DNA from: Mobula hypostoma
Lineage: Eukaryota
NCBI RefSeq assembly: GCF_963921235.1
Contig: NC_086097.1
Coordinates: 67,272,001 to 67,336,000 of the forward strand
Direction of reading: 5' to 3'
DNA: 64,000 bases
Position numbers and translations under genes: made by a program. Shown in pieces: positions 1 through 12,379 of the stretch (the first letter of the stretch is position 1; each line of letters begins with the position of its first letter). The notes under the pieces were generated by a model. The model had not been told where the DNA came from. It worked only from the letters and a program-made list of their open reading frames with translations, and did no database searches.

Positions 1-3000
1 CATGTGTGGTGGTTGCTGTTCATGGATCAATTCTTTATCCAGCTTGACCACTGTTTCTATGGCAAGCCTATGGCCAAGTCTTGCTCTTAGACTTCCTTCA
101 CAGTGGACCTGCCAAGTCCTTGAATGACCTTGGGACCAGCTTCAGCCTTGAAAACCGTCTGTGGTCTAGTGCTGCACCACGCATTGCAAACCCCCAACTT
201 CCCCAGCATAGTTCATGTGTAAATGGGTCTTTTATGAAGTACTTTATGAGTATTTGGAGCCGCTGTGCCTTTTTATATTTACTATAATAGATAGCAATTT
301 AAAGATTGAATAATAGGGATAAAATGAGTGGCTTTGTACTAAAGCCTGCTGCACATTCTTGTGTTCTTTCATAGTTAATTCCACTGCATGACATGATTAC
401 TTTTTATTCATGGTGCTCACGGGCCTAGCACCAAAAACATCCTGATCAGAGACTAAAAGCCTTTTTGGGTTGTTTCCTGGTCTCCTCCACCTGAACACAC
501 TGGTGGCCTGGCAGCAAGGTGTGGCTGCTATCATTTCCTCTATCCCTCAGGGGCTATCAACGCATTAATGTAACATAACTTTTGCAGCATATCACATGAG
601 AACGTTGACCCTTGAGTAATTCAGTGGCATAACTATTAATCAGATTCTGTATTTGGGCAAGTTATTTAATATCTGATCCAAGTATTATCTATAATACAAC
701 TTTATGTATGTCAATTGATCATAATTACAAGATCAATATGGATATAAAGGTGATTCATAAAATCTTTAAAAGACATTCTCTATTAAACTAGCATGTGACT
801 TGTAAAATAAGCTCTTGGTGAAAGCACATTTTTTAAAAATGGCTATAACTTCCACTTGCCTGAGTTTAATTAGTAAGCATTACTACCAGCTTGAAACCCT
901 TCAAAGGTTTTTAATATATTTAGTAGTTAAGAGAAATTAAAATTTATGTTGATATATGGTGTTATCATCAAATGCATAATGTGGGAGTGAGTAATATGAA
1001 GCTTAAAATAGTAAAAATGTATCTTCTTATTTATACTGTAAAGCTTTCCAACTAGTGGACTTAATGAGAAATGGAAATGGTACATGCATGACTGGCCAGC
1101 TGGAATGAGTAAATTAGGATTTGCATTATTACAGTAAACAAATAGGCTCTAATTTCAGGAACAGCTTCACAAGTGTTGCAAGCCTAATTATTGAAACACA
1201 TCAGTCAGGTTTCAATCCGCTGAGCAGAATTTTAACAGGGTTGCATATGATAAATCTAAGCTCCTGTAAAGATGACAACATCCTCTTTCCACAGAGATGA
1301 AAGATCCGGGAGTGTTTGCCACCAGAACTTCTTAAAAATATGTTAGAGACAACATGGTGTTATCTTGATGAAGGCCCAGGTTAGATTTTCATTCGGTACT
1401 GAGTTAATCAATCTTTCTCTGGAAATAGAAGATTTGGAGAGTTTGTTTAGTTCTGCTGTCTAGTAATTCCACATATGATCATCAGGTATCATAGAATACT
1501 TAAGGTACAGAATAAGACCATTCAGCTCACATGTTAGTGTTATTCAAACCCAATCATGGAGCACCAACATCAATGGGCCAAGCACTTAAGGCTCAAAGTA
1601 CATAGTATCTAAGTACTGTTTGTATTAAAAGGGTTTCTGCCTCTACCACCTTTTCAGACAGCAGGTTCCAGACCCCATCACCCTGTCAGTGAAAAAGATT
1701 TCCTCTGTTCTCCTCTAATCTTTGTATCAATTAATTTACATCTGTGCTTCTGTTTTTTGAGCCTCTGCCACCCAGGCTCCTTATAATTCAATTCATCTCT
1801 TTTAAGTCCCTCCTTAGCCTCCCCATTCCAAAGGCAACAGCCCCAACTTATACAATCTTACCTCTTAACTATAGACTTGTAGATTTGGCAACGTTCTCAT
1901 TAATCACCTCCCCATTTTCGCCACTTTAATCTCATAGTTCCTGCAATGCAATGAACAGTAACATACACAAAATTCAATTACCATTCAATTACTATTCTGC
2001 ATAATTGTACCACAATCTGCTGTTCTAATCTATACTTCAGCTCTTTGGAGGAACCAACCCATTATATTTTAACCATCATATTTAACTCTCCTGCTACCCT
2101 TTATGATTTGTGTACCTCAGTATGTTTGTACTTACTGTGTATTACTTTGCTTTTTTGTCTCTCTCTAACTGCACTTTTCTCTACAGATCCAATTCCATTT
2201 GCTACTTTCCTATTGCAGGGTATGGCTTTCGTAATGATGTCGACCTTTTTCTTCCTGCAAACTTCATTTTTATGCCCCTACATTTATGTCTAAATCATTT
2301 ATTTAATACTACAGAAGGTAAGGATCAGAACAATTGGATATGCAATGGCAAGCATTTAAAGGTTGCATGGATGAACTACAACAATTGTTCATCCCAGTTT
2401 GGCAAAAGAATAAATCAAGGAAGGTAGTGCACCCGTGGCTGACAAAAGAAATTAGGGAGAGTATCAATTCCAAAGAAGAAGCATACAAATTAGCCAGAGA
2501 AAGTGGCTCACCTGACGACTGGGAGAAATTCAGAGTTCAGCAGAGGAGGGCAAAGGGCTTAATTAGGAAGGGGAAAAAAGATTATGAGAGAAAACTGGCA
2601 GGGAACATAAAAACTGACTGTAAAAGCTTTTATAGATATGTAAAAAGGAAAAGACTGATAAAGACAAATGTAGGTCCCCTACAGACAGAAACAGGTGAAT
2701 TGATTATGGGGAGCAAGGACATGGCAGACCAATTGAATAATTACTTTGGTTCTGTCTTCACTAAGGAGGACATAAATAATCTTCCAGTAATAGTAGGGGA
2801 CAGAGGGTCCAGTGAGATGGAGGAACTGAGCGAAATACATGTTAGTAGGGAAGTGTTGTTGGGTAAATTGAAGGGATTAAAGGCAGATAAATCCCCAGGG
2901 CTAGATGGTCTGCATCCCAGAGTGCTTAAGGAAGTAGCCCAAGAAATAGTGGATGCATTAGTGATAATTTTTCAAAACTCGTTAGATTCTGGACTAGTTC

Positions 3001-3923
3001 CTGAGGATTGGAGGGTGGCTAATGTAACCCCACTTTTTAAAAAAGGAGGGAGAGAGAAACCGGGGAATTATAGACCGGTTAGCCTAACGTCGGTGGTGGG
3101 GAAACTGCTGGAGTCAGTTATCAAAGATGTGATAACAGCACATTTGGAAAGCGGTGAAATCATCGGACAAAGTCAGCATGGATTTGTGAAAGGAAAATCA
3201 TGTCTGACGAATCTCATAGAATTTTTTGAGGATGTAACTAGTAGAGTGGATAGGGGAGAACCAGTGGATGTGGTATATTTGGATTTTCAAAAGGCTTTTG
3301 ACAAGGTCCCACACAGGAGATTAGTGTGCAAACTTAAAGCACACGGTATTGGGGGTAAGGTATTGATGTGGATAGAGAATTGGTTAGCAGACAGGAAGCA
3401 AAGAGTGGGAATAAATGGGACCTTTTCAGAATGGCAGGCAGTGACTAGTGGGATACCGCAAGGCTCAGTGCTGGGACCCCAGTTGTTTACAATATATATT
3501 AATGACTTGGATGAGGGAATTAAATGCAGCATCTCCAAGTTTGCAGATGACACGAAGCTGGGCGGCAGTGTTAGCTGTGAGGAGAATGCTAAGAGGATGC
3601 AGGGTGACTTGGATAGGTTGGGTGAGTGGGCAAATTCATGGCAGATGCAATTTAATGTGGATAAATGTGAAGTTATCCACTTTGGTGGGAAAAATAGGAA
3701 AACAGATTATTATCTGAATGGTGGCCGATTAGGAAAAGGGGAGGTGCAACGAGACCTGGGTGTCATTATACACCAGTCACTGAAAGTGGGCATGCAGGTA
3801 CAGCAGGTGGTGAAAAAGGCGAATGGTATGCTGGCATTTATAGCGAGAGGATTCGAGTACAGGAGCAGGGAGGTACTACTGCAGTTGTACAAGACCTTGG
3901 TGAGACCACACCTGGAGTATTGT

Positions 3924-4805
3924 CCATTCGTCCCCCCCATCCCTCCCCACTGATCTCCCTCCTGGCACTTATCCGTGTAAGCGGAACAAGTGCTACACAT
4001 GCCCTTACACTTCCTCCCTTACCACCATTCAGGGCCCCAAACAGTCCTTCCAGGTGAGGCATCACTTCACCTGTGAGTTGACTGGGGTGATATACTGCGT
4101 CCGGTGCTCCCGATGTGGCCTTTTATATATTGGTGAGACCCGACGCAGACTGGGAGACCGCTTTGCTGAACATCTATGCTCTGTCCGCCAGAGAAAGCAG
4201 GATCTCCCAGTGGCCACACATTTTAATTCCACATCCCATTCCCATTCTGACATGTCTATCCACGGCCTCCTCTACTGTAAAGATGAAGCCACACTCAGGT
4301 TGGAGGAACAACACCTTATATTCTGTCTGGGTAGCCTCCAACCTGATGGCATGAACATTGACTTCTCTAACTTCCGCTAGGCTCCACCTCCCCCTCGTAC
4401 CCCATCTGTTACTCCTTTTTATGCACACATTCTTTCTCTCACTCTCCTTTTTCTCCCTCTGTCCCTCTGAATATACCTCTTGCCCATCCTCTGGGTCACC
4501 CCCCCCCTTGTCTTTCTTCCCGGACCTCCTGTCCCATGATCCTCTCGTATCCCCTTTTGCCTATCACCTGTCCAGCTCTCGGCTCTATCCCTCCCCCTCC
4601 TGTCTTCTCCTATCATTTTGCATCTCCCCCTCCCCCTCCAGCTTTCAAATCCCTTACTCACCCTTCCTTCAGTTAGTCCTGACGAAGGGTCTCGGCCTGA
4701 AACGTCGACTGCGCCTCTTCCTATAGATGCTGCTTGGCCTGCTGCGTTCACCAGCAACTTTGATGTATGTTGCTTGAATTTCCAGCATCTGCAGAATTCC
4801 TGTTG
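3924..4805 (+). mobile_element. Penelope-like element, 3' fragment (GIY-YIG endonuclease end plus tail)
   Basis: GVIYCVRCSRCGLLYIGETRRRL GIY-YIG motif (ORF 4054-4380). 13-bp TSD cctggagtattgt at 3911-3923 and 4806-4818. Confidence 0.95.
4675..4710 (+). ncRNA. Minimal type I hammerhead ribozyme motif in Penelope tail
   Basis: agtc-CTGACGA-agg(gtctcgg)cct-GAAA-cg-TC-gact: complete core, helix I agtc/gact, helix II agg/cct, palindromic ACGT in place of helix III. Confidence 0.8.
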
Positions 4806-4895
4806 CCTGGAGTATTGTGTGCAGTTTTGGTCCCCTAATCTGAGGAAAGACATCCTTGCCATAGAGGGAGTACAAAGAAGGTTCACCAGATTGAT

Positions 4896-7084
4896 GAACA
4901 TTATTATTAAACCCGCTGATAAAGGGGGTGCTGTTGTAGTCTGGCGTACTGACCTCTACCTTGCCGAGGCACAGCGACAACTCGCGGATACCTCCTCTTA
5001 TTTACCCCTCGATCGTGACCCCACTAAGGAGCACCAGGCCATTGTCTCCCACACTATCAATGACTTTATCCGCTCAGGGGATCTCCCATCCACTGCTACC
5101 AACCTTATAGTTCCCACACCCCGCACTTCCCGTTTCTACCTCCTACCCAAGATCCACAAACCTGCCTGTCCTGGCCGACCTATTGTCTCAGCTTGCTCCT
5201 GCCCCACCGAACTCGTTTCTGCATACCTCGACACTGTTTTATCACCCCTTGTTCAATCTCTTCCGACCTATGTTCGTGACACTTCTCACGCTCTTAAACT
5301 TTTCGATGATTTTAAGTTCCCTGGCCCCCACCGCTTTATTTTCACCATGGATGTCCAGTCCTTATATACTTCCATCCCCCATCAGGAAGGTCTCAAAGCT
5401 CTACGCTTCTTTTTGGATTCCAGACCTAATCAGTTCCCACTCTGCTCCGTCTAGCGGAATTAGTCCTTACTCTTAATAATTTCTCCTTTTGCTCCTCCCA
5501 TTTCCTCCAAACTAAAGGTGTAGCTATGGGCACCCGTATGGGTCCTAGCTATGCCTGCCTTTTTGTTGGGTTTGTGGAACAATCTATGTTCCGTGCCTAT
5601 TCTGGTATCTGTCCCCCACTTTTCCTTCGCTATATCGACGACTGCATTGGCGCTGCTTCCTGCACGCATGCAGAACTCGTTGACTTTATTAACTTTGCCT
5701 CCAACTTTCACCCTGCCCTCAAGTTTACCTGGTCTATTTCGGACACCTCCCTCCCCTTTCTAGATCTTTCTGTCTCTGTCTCTGGAGACAGCTTATCCAC
5801 TGATATCTACTATAAGCCTACTGACTCTCACAGCTATCTGGACTATTCCTCTTCTCACCCTGTCTCTTGCAAAAACACCATCCCCTTCTCGCAATTCCTC
5901 CGTCTCCGCCGCATCTGCTCTCAGGATGAGGCTTTTCATTCTAGGACGAGGGAGATGTCTTCATTTTTTAAAGAAAGGGGCTTCCCTTCCTCCACTATCA
6001 ACTCTGCTCTTAAACGCATCTCCTCCATTTCACGTACATCTGCTCTCACTCCATCCTCCCACCACCCCACTAGGAATAGGGTTCCCCTGGTCCTCACCTA
6101 CCACCCCACCAGCCTCCGGGTCCAACATATTATTCTCCGTAACTTCCGCCACCTCCAACGGGATCCCACCACTAAGCATATCTTTCCCTCCCCCCCTCTC
6201 TCTGCATTCCACAGGGATCGCTCCCTACACAACTCCCTTGTCCATTCGTCCCCCCCATCCCTCCCCACTGATCTCCCTCCTGGCACTTATCCGTGTAAGC
6301 GGAACAAGTGCTACACATGCCCTTACACTTCCTCCCTTACCACCATTCAGGGCCCCAAACAGTCCTTCCAGGTGAGGCATCACTTCACCTGTGAGTCGAC
6401 TGGGGTGATATACTGCGTCCAGTGCTCCCGATGTGGCCTTTTATATATTGGTGAGACCCGACGCAGACTGGGAGACCGCTTTGCTGAACATCTACGCTCT
6501 GTCCGCCAGAGAAAGCAGGATCTCCCAGTGGCCACACATTTTAATTCCACATCCCATTCCCATTCTGACATGTCTATCCACGGCCTCCTCTACTGTAAAG
6601 ATGAAGCCACACTCAGGTTGGAGGAACAACACCTTATATTCCGTCTGGGTAGCCTCCAACCTGATGGCATGAACATTGACTTCTCTAACTTCCGCTAGGC
6701 CCCACCTCCCCCTCGTACCCCAGCTGTTACTCCTTTTTATGCACACATTCTTTCTCTCACTCTCCTTTTTCTCCCTCTGTCCCTCTGAATATACCTCTTG
6801 CCCATCCTCTGGGTCACCCCCCCCGTCTTTCTCCCTAGGCCTCCTGTCCCATGATCCTCTCGTATCCCCTTTTGCCTATCACCTGTCCAGCTCTCGGCTC
6901 TATCCCTCCCCCTCCTGTCTTCTCCTATCATTCTGCATCTCCCCCTCCCCCTCCAGCTTTCAAATCCCTTACTCACTCTTCCTTCAGTTAGTCCTGACGA
7001 AGGGTCTCGGCCTGAAACGTCGACTGCGCCTCTTCCTATAGATGCTGCTTGGCCTGCTGCGTTCACCAGCAACTTTGATGTATG
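4896..7084 (+). mobile_element. Penelope-like element, 5'-truncated, RT plus GIY-YIG, one frameshift
   Basis: IIKPADKGGAVVV, YLLPKIHK, MDVQSLYT, MGTRMGPSYA, RYIDD, then GIY-YIG (ORFs 4618-5454 in part and 5526-6698). A 10-bp deletion near 5437 relative to the 36.5-kb copy shifts the frame. 13-bp TSD tcaccagattgat at 4883-4895 and 7085-7097. Confidence 0.95.
6990..7025 (+). ncRNA. Minimal hammerhead ribozyme motif in Penelope tail
   Basis: Identical to 4675-4710: agtcCTGACGAagggtctcggcctGAAAcgTCgact. Confidence 0.8.
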
Positions 7085-8615
7085 TCACCAGATTGATTCC
7101 TGGGTTGGCAGGACTTTCATATGAAGAAAGACTGGATGAACTGGGCTTGTACTCGTTGGAATTTAGAAGATTGAGGGGGGTTCTGATTGAAACGTATAAA
7201 ATCCTAAAGGGATTGGACAGGCTAGATGCAGGAAGATTGTTCCTGATGTTGGGGAAGTCCAGAACGAGGGGTCACAGTTTGAGGATAAAGGGGAAGCCTT
7301 TTAGGACCGAGATCAGGAAAAACTTCTTCACACAGAGAGTGGTGAATCTGTGGAATTCTCTGCCACAGGAAACAGTTGAGGCCAGTTCATTGGCTATATT
7401 TAAGAGGGAGTTAGATATGGCCCTTGTGGCTACGGGGATCAGGGGGTATGGAGGGAAGGCTGGTGCAGGGTTCTGAGTTGGGTGATCAGCCATGATCGTA
7501 ATAAATGGCGGTGCAGGCTCGAAGGGCCGAATGGCCTACTCCTGCACCTATTTTCTATGTTTCTATGTTTCTAACACAGCCCTGTGCAATTCACTGGTAG
7601 CAATCTTCCAGTCTTCGATCAACCTGCAACATAGGATTTCATCAAAAGCCTTGCTAAAATCCATAGAGATCATATCAAGTGCACTGCACATTGAGTAGGG
7701 TTCATAGTCAAATAGCCTGCAAATACCTGACAGGATTTGCACCTTCAATGCAGAAGAAGAAATTTAGTAAGTTAAGGATTCTGAAACAGTGTTGTTCAAG
7801 TTGAATAAAATTGGTGTGTGAAACTGTATATTCACGAGAGTCTAAGAATGAGGGTGCAATCGCGATCTAAAAGCAGTTATGACAGAAGCAACCTTGTCAA
7901 TTAGCATTTGCTGCTTTATCCTAGACTTATCACAGCTTTAACGTGCTGTCTTTTAGTTAGTAGAAAAGTAGAAGTGTCTGACTTTCAATTTAATGTCACG
8001 GGCAGTAATAAGTGAGATTATCCACTTTCAGTCTTCATCATGCAATATGTTCTTGGTCTGGTAATGATCACAACAATTTACTCTGTCTGTTGCACAGACT
8101 AATCCAAATGGTGATGGTTAGCTTATTTTTGGAGTGAAGCAATACAGGATTGAATCAGATAGAAAGTGCAGGCTGTTTGTTCACAATACAGGGATTAAAT
8201 ACAACAGTCCTTCAGGAACAGGTATCAAATAGCATCTCACTTGCTGCAATGCACAAGTGCTCAGCTAATACCTTTCCAAAGATTTGATGCCCCAAAGGGA
8301 AAAGCTGCAGCTTCCTTAATCTTCCAATTTAGACAAGTCGGTTTAGGCTGTACATGCACAATCAGGACTCCGGGTACAAGTCTTCTCAGTTTCCCAGTAT
8401 GTTTTTTACAGTCTCCATCATGTGACTAAATACGAAAGCCTGTGCTTGAACTGGCTTATATTTATTCTGTAAACCTCCTGGATTGGTTATCCTTATCTTT
8501 TAGCTTTTCTCGCATTGAAATCCTCAAGCAATAGCTTGGGAGAATTCCTCCCAAAGCTAACCTATTTTTCCAAAAATGGACTCATAGTAATTCACTTATA
8601 TTGTCCAGAATATAT

Positions 8616-8629
8616 GTTTCCATGGCAAC
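8616..8629. promoter_or_regulatory. RFX X-box-like motif
   Basis: GTTTCCATGGCAAC matches the RFX consensus GTTNCCATGGNAAC and lies in sequence with no recognised repeat. Function is untested. Confidence 0.35.
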
Positions 8630-9134
8630 CCAGTCTTAAAGCCAATGATTTGATATTTGCTTCTATGGTTGAATAGAATTAAAAACATTTTTCTGTACAG
8701 AGTGCTGCACTGATCAGAAATTTCTCAGTTAGGTAAGAACCAACTCAAAGATTACTAAAAAGAAGTTCTGTAGAATATAGTAAGAATCTAGTGAAGCAGA
8801 GCAATTTAATATGCAACAGTAATTGCTGAGTTAATCAAAGATACCCTACTCTGTAAAACAGTTAAAGACTACTAGTAGTATATTTCTCAAGCATAGGAGA
8901 AAGGATTCTCCCTGGAAAGAAGCTTGCTATCGGTTCCAAATTACAAAAGCAGCCTATGATACCAATGGAGGCATGCCAAGCCCTTTTTTAAAATAAATTG
9001 CCATAAGAACCTAATCAATTATTATCAGAAGACTGGTTAGTGAATTTAACCCTGTTCATTGCTTAGGGCACAAAAAGTCATGAAGAAACAGAATTGTGAT
9101 ATCAGTGGAGATGTTGGAAGTAGACTATAGTATA

Positions 9135-9652
9135 ACAGACACAGAATGCTGAAGGAACTCAGCAGGCCAGGCAGTGTCTATGGAAAAGAGTAAGCAGTCA
9201 ACATTTCGGGCTGAGACCCTTTATCAGGACTGGAAAGGAAGGGGGAGAAGTCAGAGTAAGAAAGTGGGGGAGGGGAGGAAGAAGTACAATGTAGTAGGTG
9301 ATAGGTGAAACCAGGAGAGGGGGTGAGGTGAAGTAAAGAGCTGGGAAGTTGATTGGTGAAAGAGATAAAGGGCTGGAGAAGGAGGAATCTGATAGGAGAG
9401 GATAGGTGAGGGAAGTGATTGGCAGGTAGAAAGGGAAGGTGTGAGACAGAAACAGGAATGGGGAATGGTGAAGGGGGGTTTGCAGTTACTGGAAGATTGA
9501 GAAATTAATATTTGTGCCATCAGGTTGGAGGCTTCCCAGATGGAATATAAGGTGTTGCTCCTCCAACCTGAGTGTGACCTTATTGTGGTAGTAGAGGAGG
9601 ACATGGACTGACTTATCAGAATAGGAATGGGAAGTAGAATTGAAATGGGTAG
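9135..9652 (-). mobile_element. Older Penelope-like 3' fragment with decayed hammerhead motif
   Basis: Minus-strand GIY-YIG C-terminus similarity (ctcaggttggaggagcaacacc). Tail reads cagtc-CTGATAA-agggtctcagccc-GAAA-tgttgactg at ~9195-9232. Confidence 0.8.
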
Positions 9653-9929
9653 AATATAGTGTGATGTATTCTCTGAGAATCTTGGTAACTTAATGAGAAT
9701 AATTAAATGAAGTTCATCTGATAAAGACACTGGTGGATTTGGGATATATTTAAAAGTGCTGTGTTATCCTCTCACATTGTTACACTTTTGATGAAGCACG
9801 GAGGCAGTTTTAGGGGGCCAGAAAACCATAGGGGCCATGAGTACTAAAGAGCTCCAATCATTAACTACTTTCCCAGAGTCCATATCTGCTCCAGGGTGCA
9901 GCACAGATCATGGGACAGAGAAAGAGGAA

Positions 9930-10150
9930 AGCATGGTGAAGTGACAGTTAGCATGATTTCACAGCTCCAGAGTGTGATTGTGACCTTTGGTGCCCTGTGT
10001 GGAATTTCCACATTCTCCCTATAGTTGAGAGGGTTTCTCCTGCATGCTCCTGTTTAATCGCACATACTAAAGATGTCGTGATGGCTACAGTAAAGGTGGA
10101 GGGGTGGTTGATGGGGAAGCGAGCACTGACATGTATTTGCGTAGGTAGAT
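9930..10150 (+). mobile_element. Decayed tRNA-derived SINE (V-SINE/HE1-like)
   Basis: ...ctgtgtggaatttccacattctccct...gggtttctcctgcatgctcctgttt...catactaaagatgt resembles the V-domain core. Confidence 0.55.
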
Positions 10151-10292
10151 GCTGGTTGATTAGTACTGTCTTGTCTTGGATTTGTAGAATAACTTGAATA
10201 CTGTCTCCTCTACATTACAAATAGAAAACAATTGGCTCAATGTCCAAGTAAAAATGTCTTTGTATAGAATAAAATGACAATATAGACAGTAA

Positions 10293-10498
10293 CACACATC
10301 AAAGTTGCTGGTGAACGCAGCAGGCCAAGCAGCATCTATAGGAAGAGGCGCAGTCGACGTCAGGACGAAGGGTCTCGGCCTGAAACGTCGACTGCGCCTC
10401 TTCCTATAGATGCTGCTTGGCCTGCTGCGTTCACCAGCAACTTTGATGTGTGTTGCTTGAATTTCCAGCATCTGCAGAATTCCTGTCGTTTGCGTTTA
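10293..10498. mobile_element. Fold-back mini Penelope insertion (inverted tail duplication)
   Basis: Perfect 70-bp inverted repeat, 10291-10360 and 10385-10454, made of Penelope tail sequence. 14-bp TSD aatatagacagtaa at 10279-10292 and 10499-10512. Confidence 0.92.
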
Positions 10499-12379
10499 AA
10501 TATAGACAGTAAGTTTAGATTAAAAATTTTTAATGAAAGATGTTAATATTTCACATGTATTTTCCATGTAGTTCACCCGTTATGAATCAATAACTAGAGG
10601 CAGATGGAGTATTTCATATTTGTTAGGGAATTGAGGGAAAATGTCAGGACAAGTACAGCTCCAACAACTCCGAAGCAGCACAACACGATATGAGGCATAG
10701 CAGCTCTCCTGATTGGTTCTACTGGAAACATTTATTTTCTTCACCTCTCTTGGAAGGCGAGTTGGACAACATCTTCTAACTCACAACTCTAACACCCACT
10801 TCACTTTGTGATGCCCTGTCTTCATTCAGTTCAGTTCTGAATCTGTCCAATCACTTAATGCATCTTCTCCCACTTGACTCAAGTTTGGGTCTATTTTAAC
10901 AGTTGTTATTATTGTCTCTTCTGTGACGGGGATCACTGACACATTCAGAGTTTATATTTTTCTTTTCATATTCATTGTTGCCTCTTCACAAAGTAATCTC
11001 AACTGTATATTTCTATTTTAGTATAAATCAATCGATGACAGATAAATGTGATTTTAGGTGGATCTTAATTTGTCTTTATTTGTGGAATGATTTTATTTAT
11101 TATTTAAATCTATTTCAAGTGCTGTAGTGAGGTTGCTGGATTAGCCACAGGGACAGAAACATTAGTGCATTTGGGAGGATGTGATAGGTTTGGGGGCACT
11201 GGAGGCACAAATTTTGCTAAATTCAACCTGGATCACCACTACGCTGATAAAGGCCATTTAGCTTGGGTAATTTCCCCTCTCACATTTCATGTGCTTTTTT
11301 AAATGATCTGAAGTATTGTATCTACAAGTAAGTAGAGTCTCTGGGTGCAGCTGGATCTTTAAAAGATTTACCCTAGTTTTGGTACTTCAGTGTGGATGTT
11401 TCAAAGTAATTTGACCCCTATGTTACATCAGTATGGGTAAATTACTCATCTGGAATTCACAAATCACTTACAAAAATATAGGATGCAGAATAAAATCTTG
11501 CTCTAATGAAATTTGTGTGAAAGGCTTAAATAAGAGTTGGGGAAAAACTTCATTTATTCTGGACACATAGATAATGCAATTGCATGTAATGGAAAATCAT
11601 GAAGTGGATTGTTCTCTAGGAACACAACCACCCTCCCCTCACCATCATATTGTGGAGGTCCCCTGTAATCCCAAGACAATCTTGTGCCATTTGATATCTG
11701 ACACTGATCAGATATCAATGCTATTGATTTAGCAGCAATAGGTTTAGTCAGTGACTTTTAAGACACAGTTTGATGACATAGACTGGTGGTATATGTAATA
11801 GCATTTAAAACTATTATCAATATATTTTTATCAGTAATTTGAATTGCAGGCTCTTGTTGGATAGCGTATGTGTCATGCTAGAAGTTACACAAACTGACTT
11901 CCATTAAACTCTCAGATCCACGGATTTACCCAACCATTGCATTAAATATGCTTACTGCTGAGTTCCCTGTTAGCTATTTATAAAGGCAGCTGGAAGTTGC
12001 TGTTGTAAAGGAACAAAGTGAATATCAGATTTAACATATTATTTGATGTATTCTCTTCTAAGATCCATGAACATTAAACAACTAAAAGCTGTTAGTAGAA
12101 TATTTGGTTTCTTTTCTGATCTGAAGAACATCAAGTGAAGGTGGTACGAATAGTCTCTTTAAAGGTTCCTCAGCTCAAATGAAAACTTATCTGTAAATAG
12201 GAAAGGCGTGTCCTCAGATGTAGATAGCAGTCAGAGATCAGAATGCTTGCATTAGTAATTCACAAAAACCAAAAGGATGGTGGCACTTGAAGATACAATT
12301 CATAGAAAGTAAACAACAGAAATCTGCAGAAAATAACTACTTTGCCTCAACATTGGCCAGAGAGACAAAGAGGATAGAT

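Larger units (their letters stand above)
2327..7573 (+). mobile_element. Young 5'-truncated CR1 LINE (ORF2 RT), interrupted by two Penelope insertions
   Basis: ORF 2334-3953 has NYRPVSLTS, YLDFQKAFDKV, G(I)PQGSVLGP and KFADD. CR1 resumes at 4806-4895 and 7085-7573 and ends in a (TTCTATGT)n tail. Near-identical to the uninterrupted copy at 33262-35190. Confidence 0.95.
1490..7750 (-). mobile_element. Old, highly decayed CR1 LINE fragment, split by the young CR1 at 2327-7573
   Basis: CR1-like minus-strand sequence on both sides of the young element: ...aaatcattta...aaggatc (2326) joins ctaacacagccctgtg (7571). The right piece encodes MDFSKAFD (ORF 7563-7748). Outer limits are approximate. Confidence 0.6.

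Noticed and set aside
4618..5454. 278-aa ORF as a novel gene
   Set aside because: It is a chance read-through of Penelope tail, 90 bp of CR1 and the RT of the second Penelope.
3924..7084. Two ~850-bp direct repeats as LTRs of a single LTR retrotransposon or one tandem Penelope
   Set aside because: They are separated by 90 bp of CR1, each has its own TSD, and there are no TG...CA ends, gag or integrase.
10291..10454. Hairpin as a canonical miRNA gene or DNA-transposon MITE
   Set aside because: The arms are Penelope tail sequence and the TSD length matches the other Penelope insertions.
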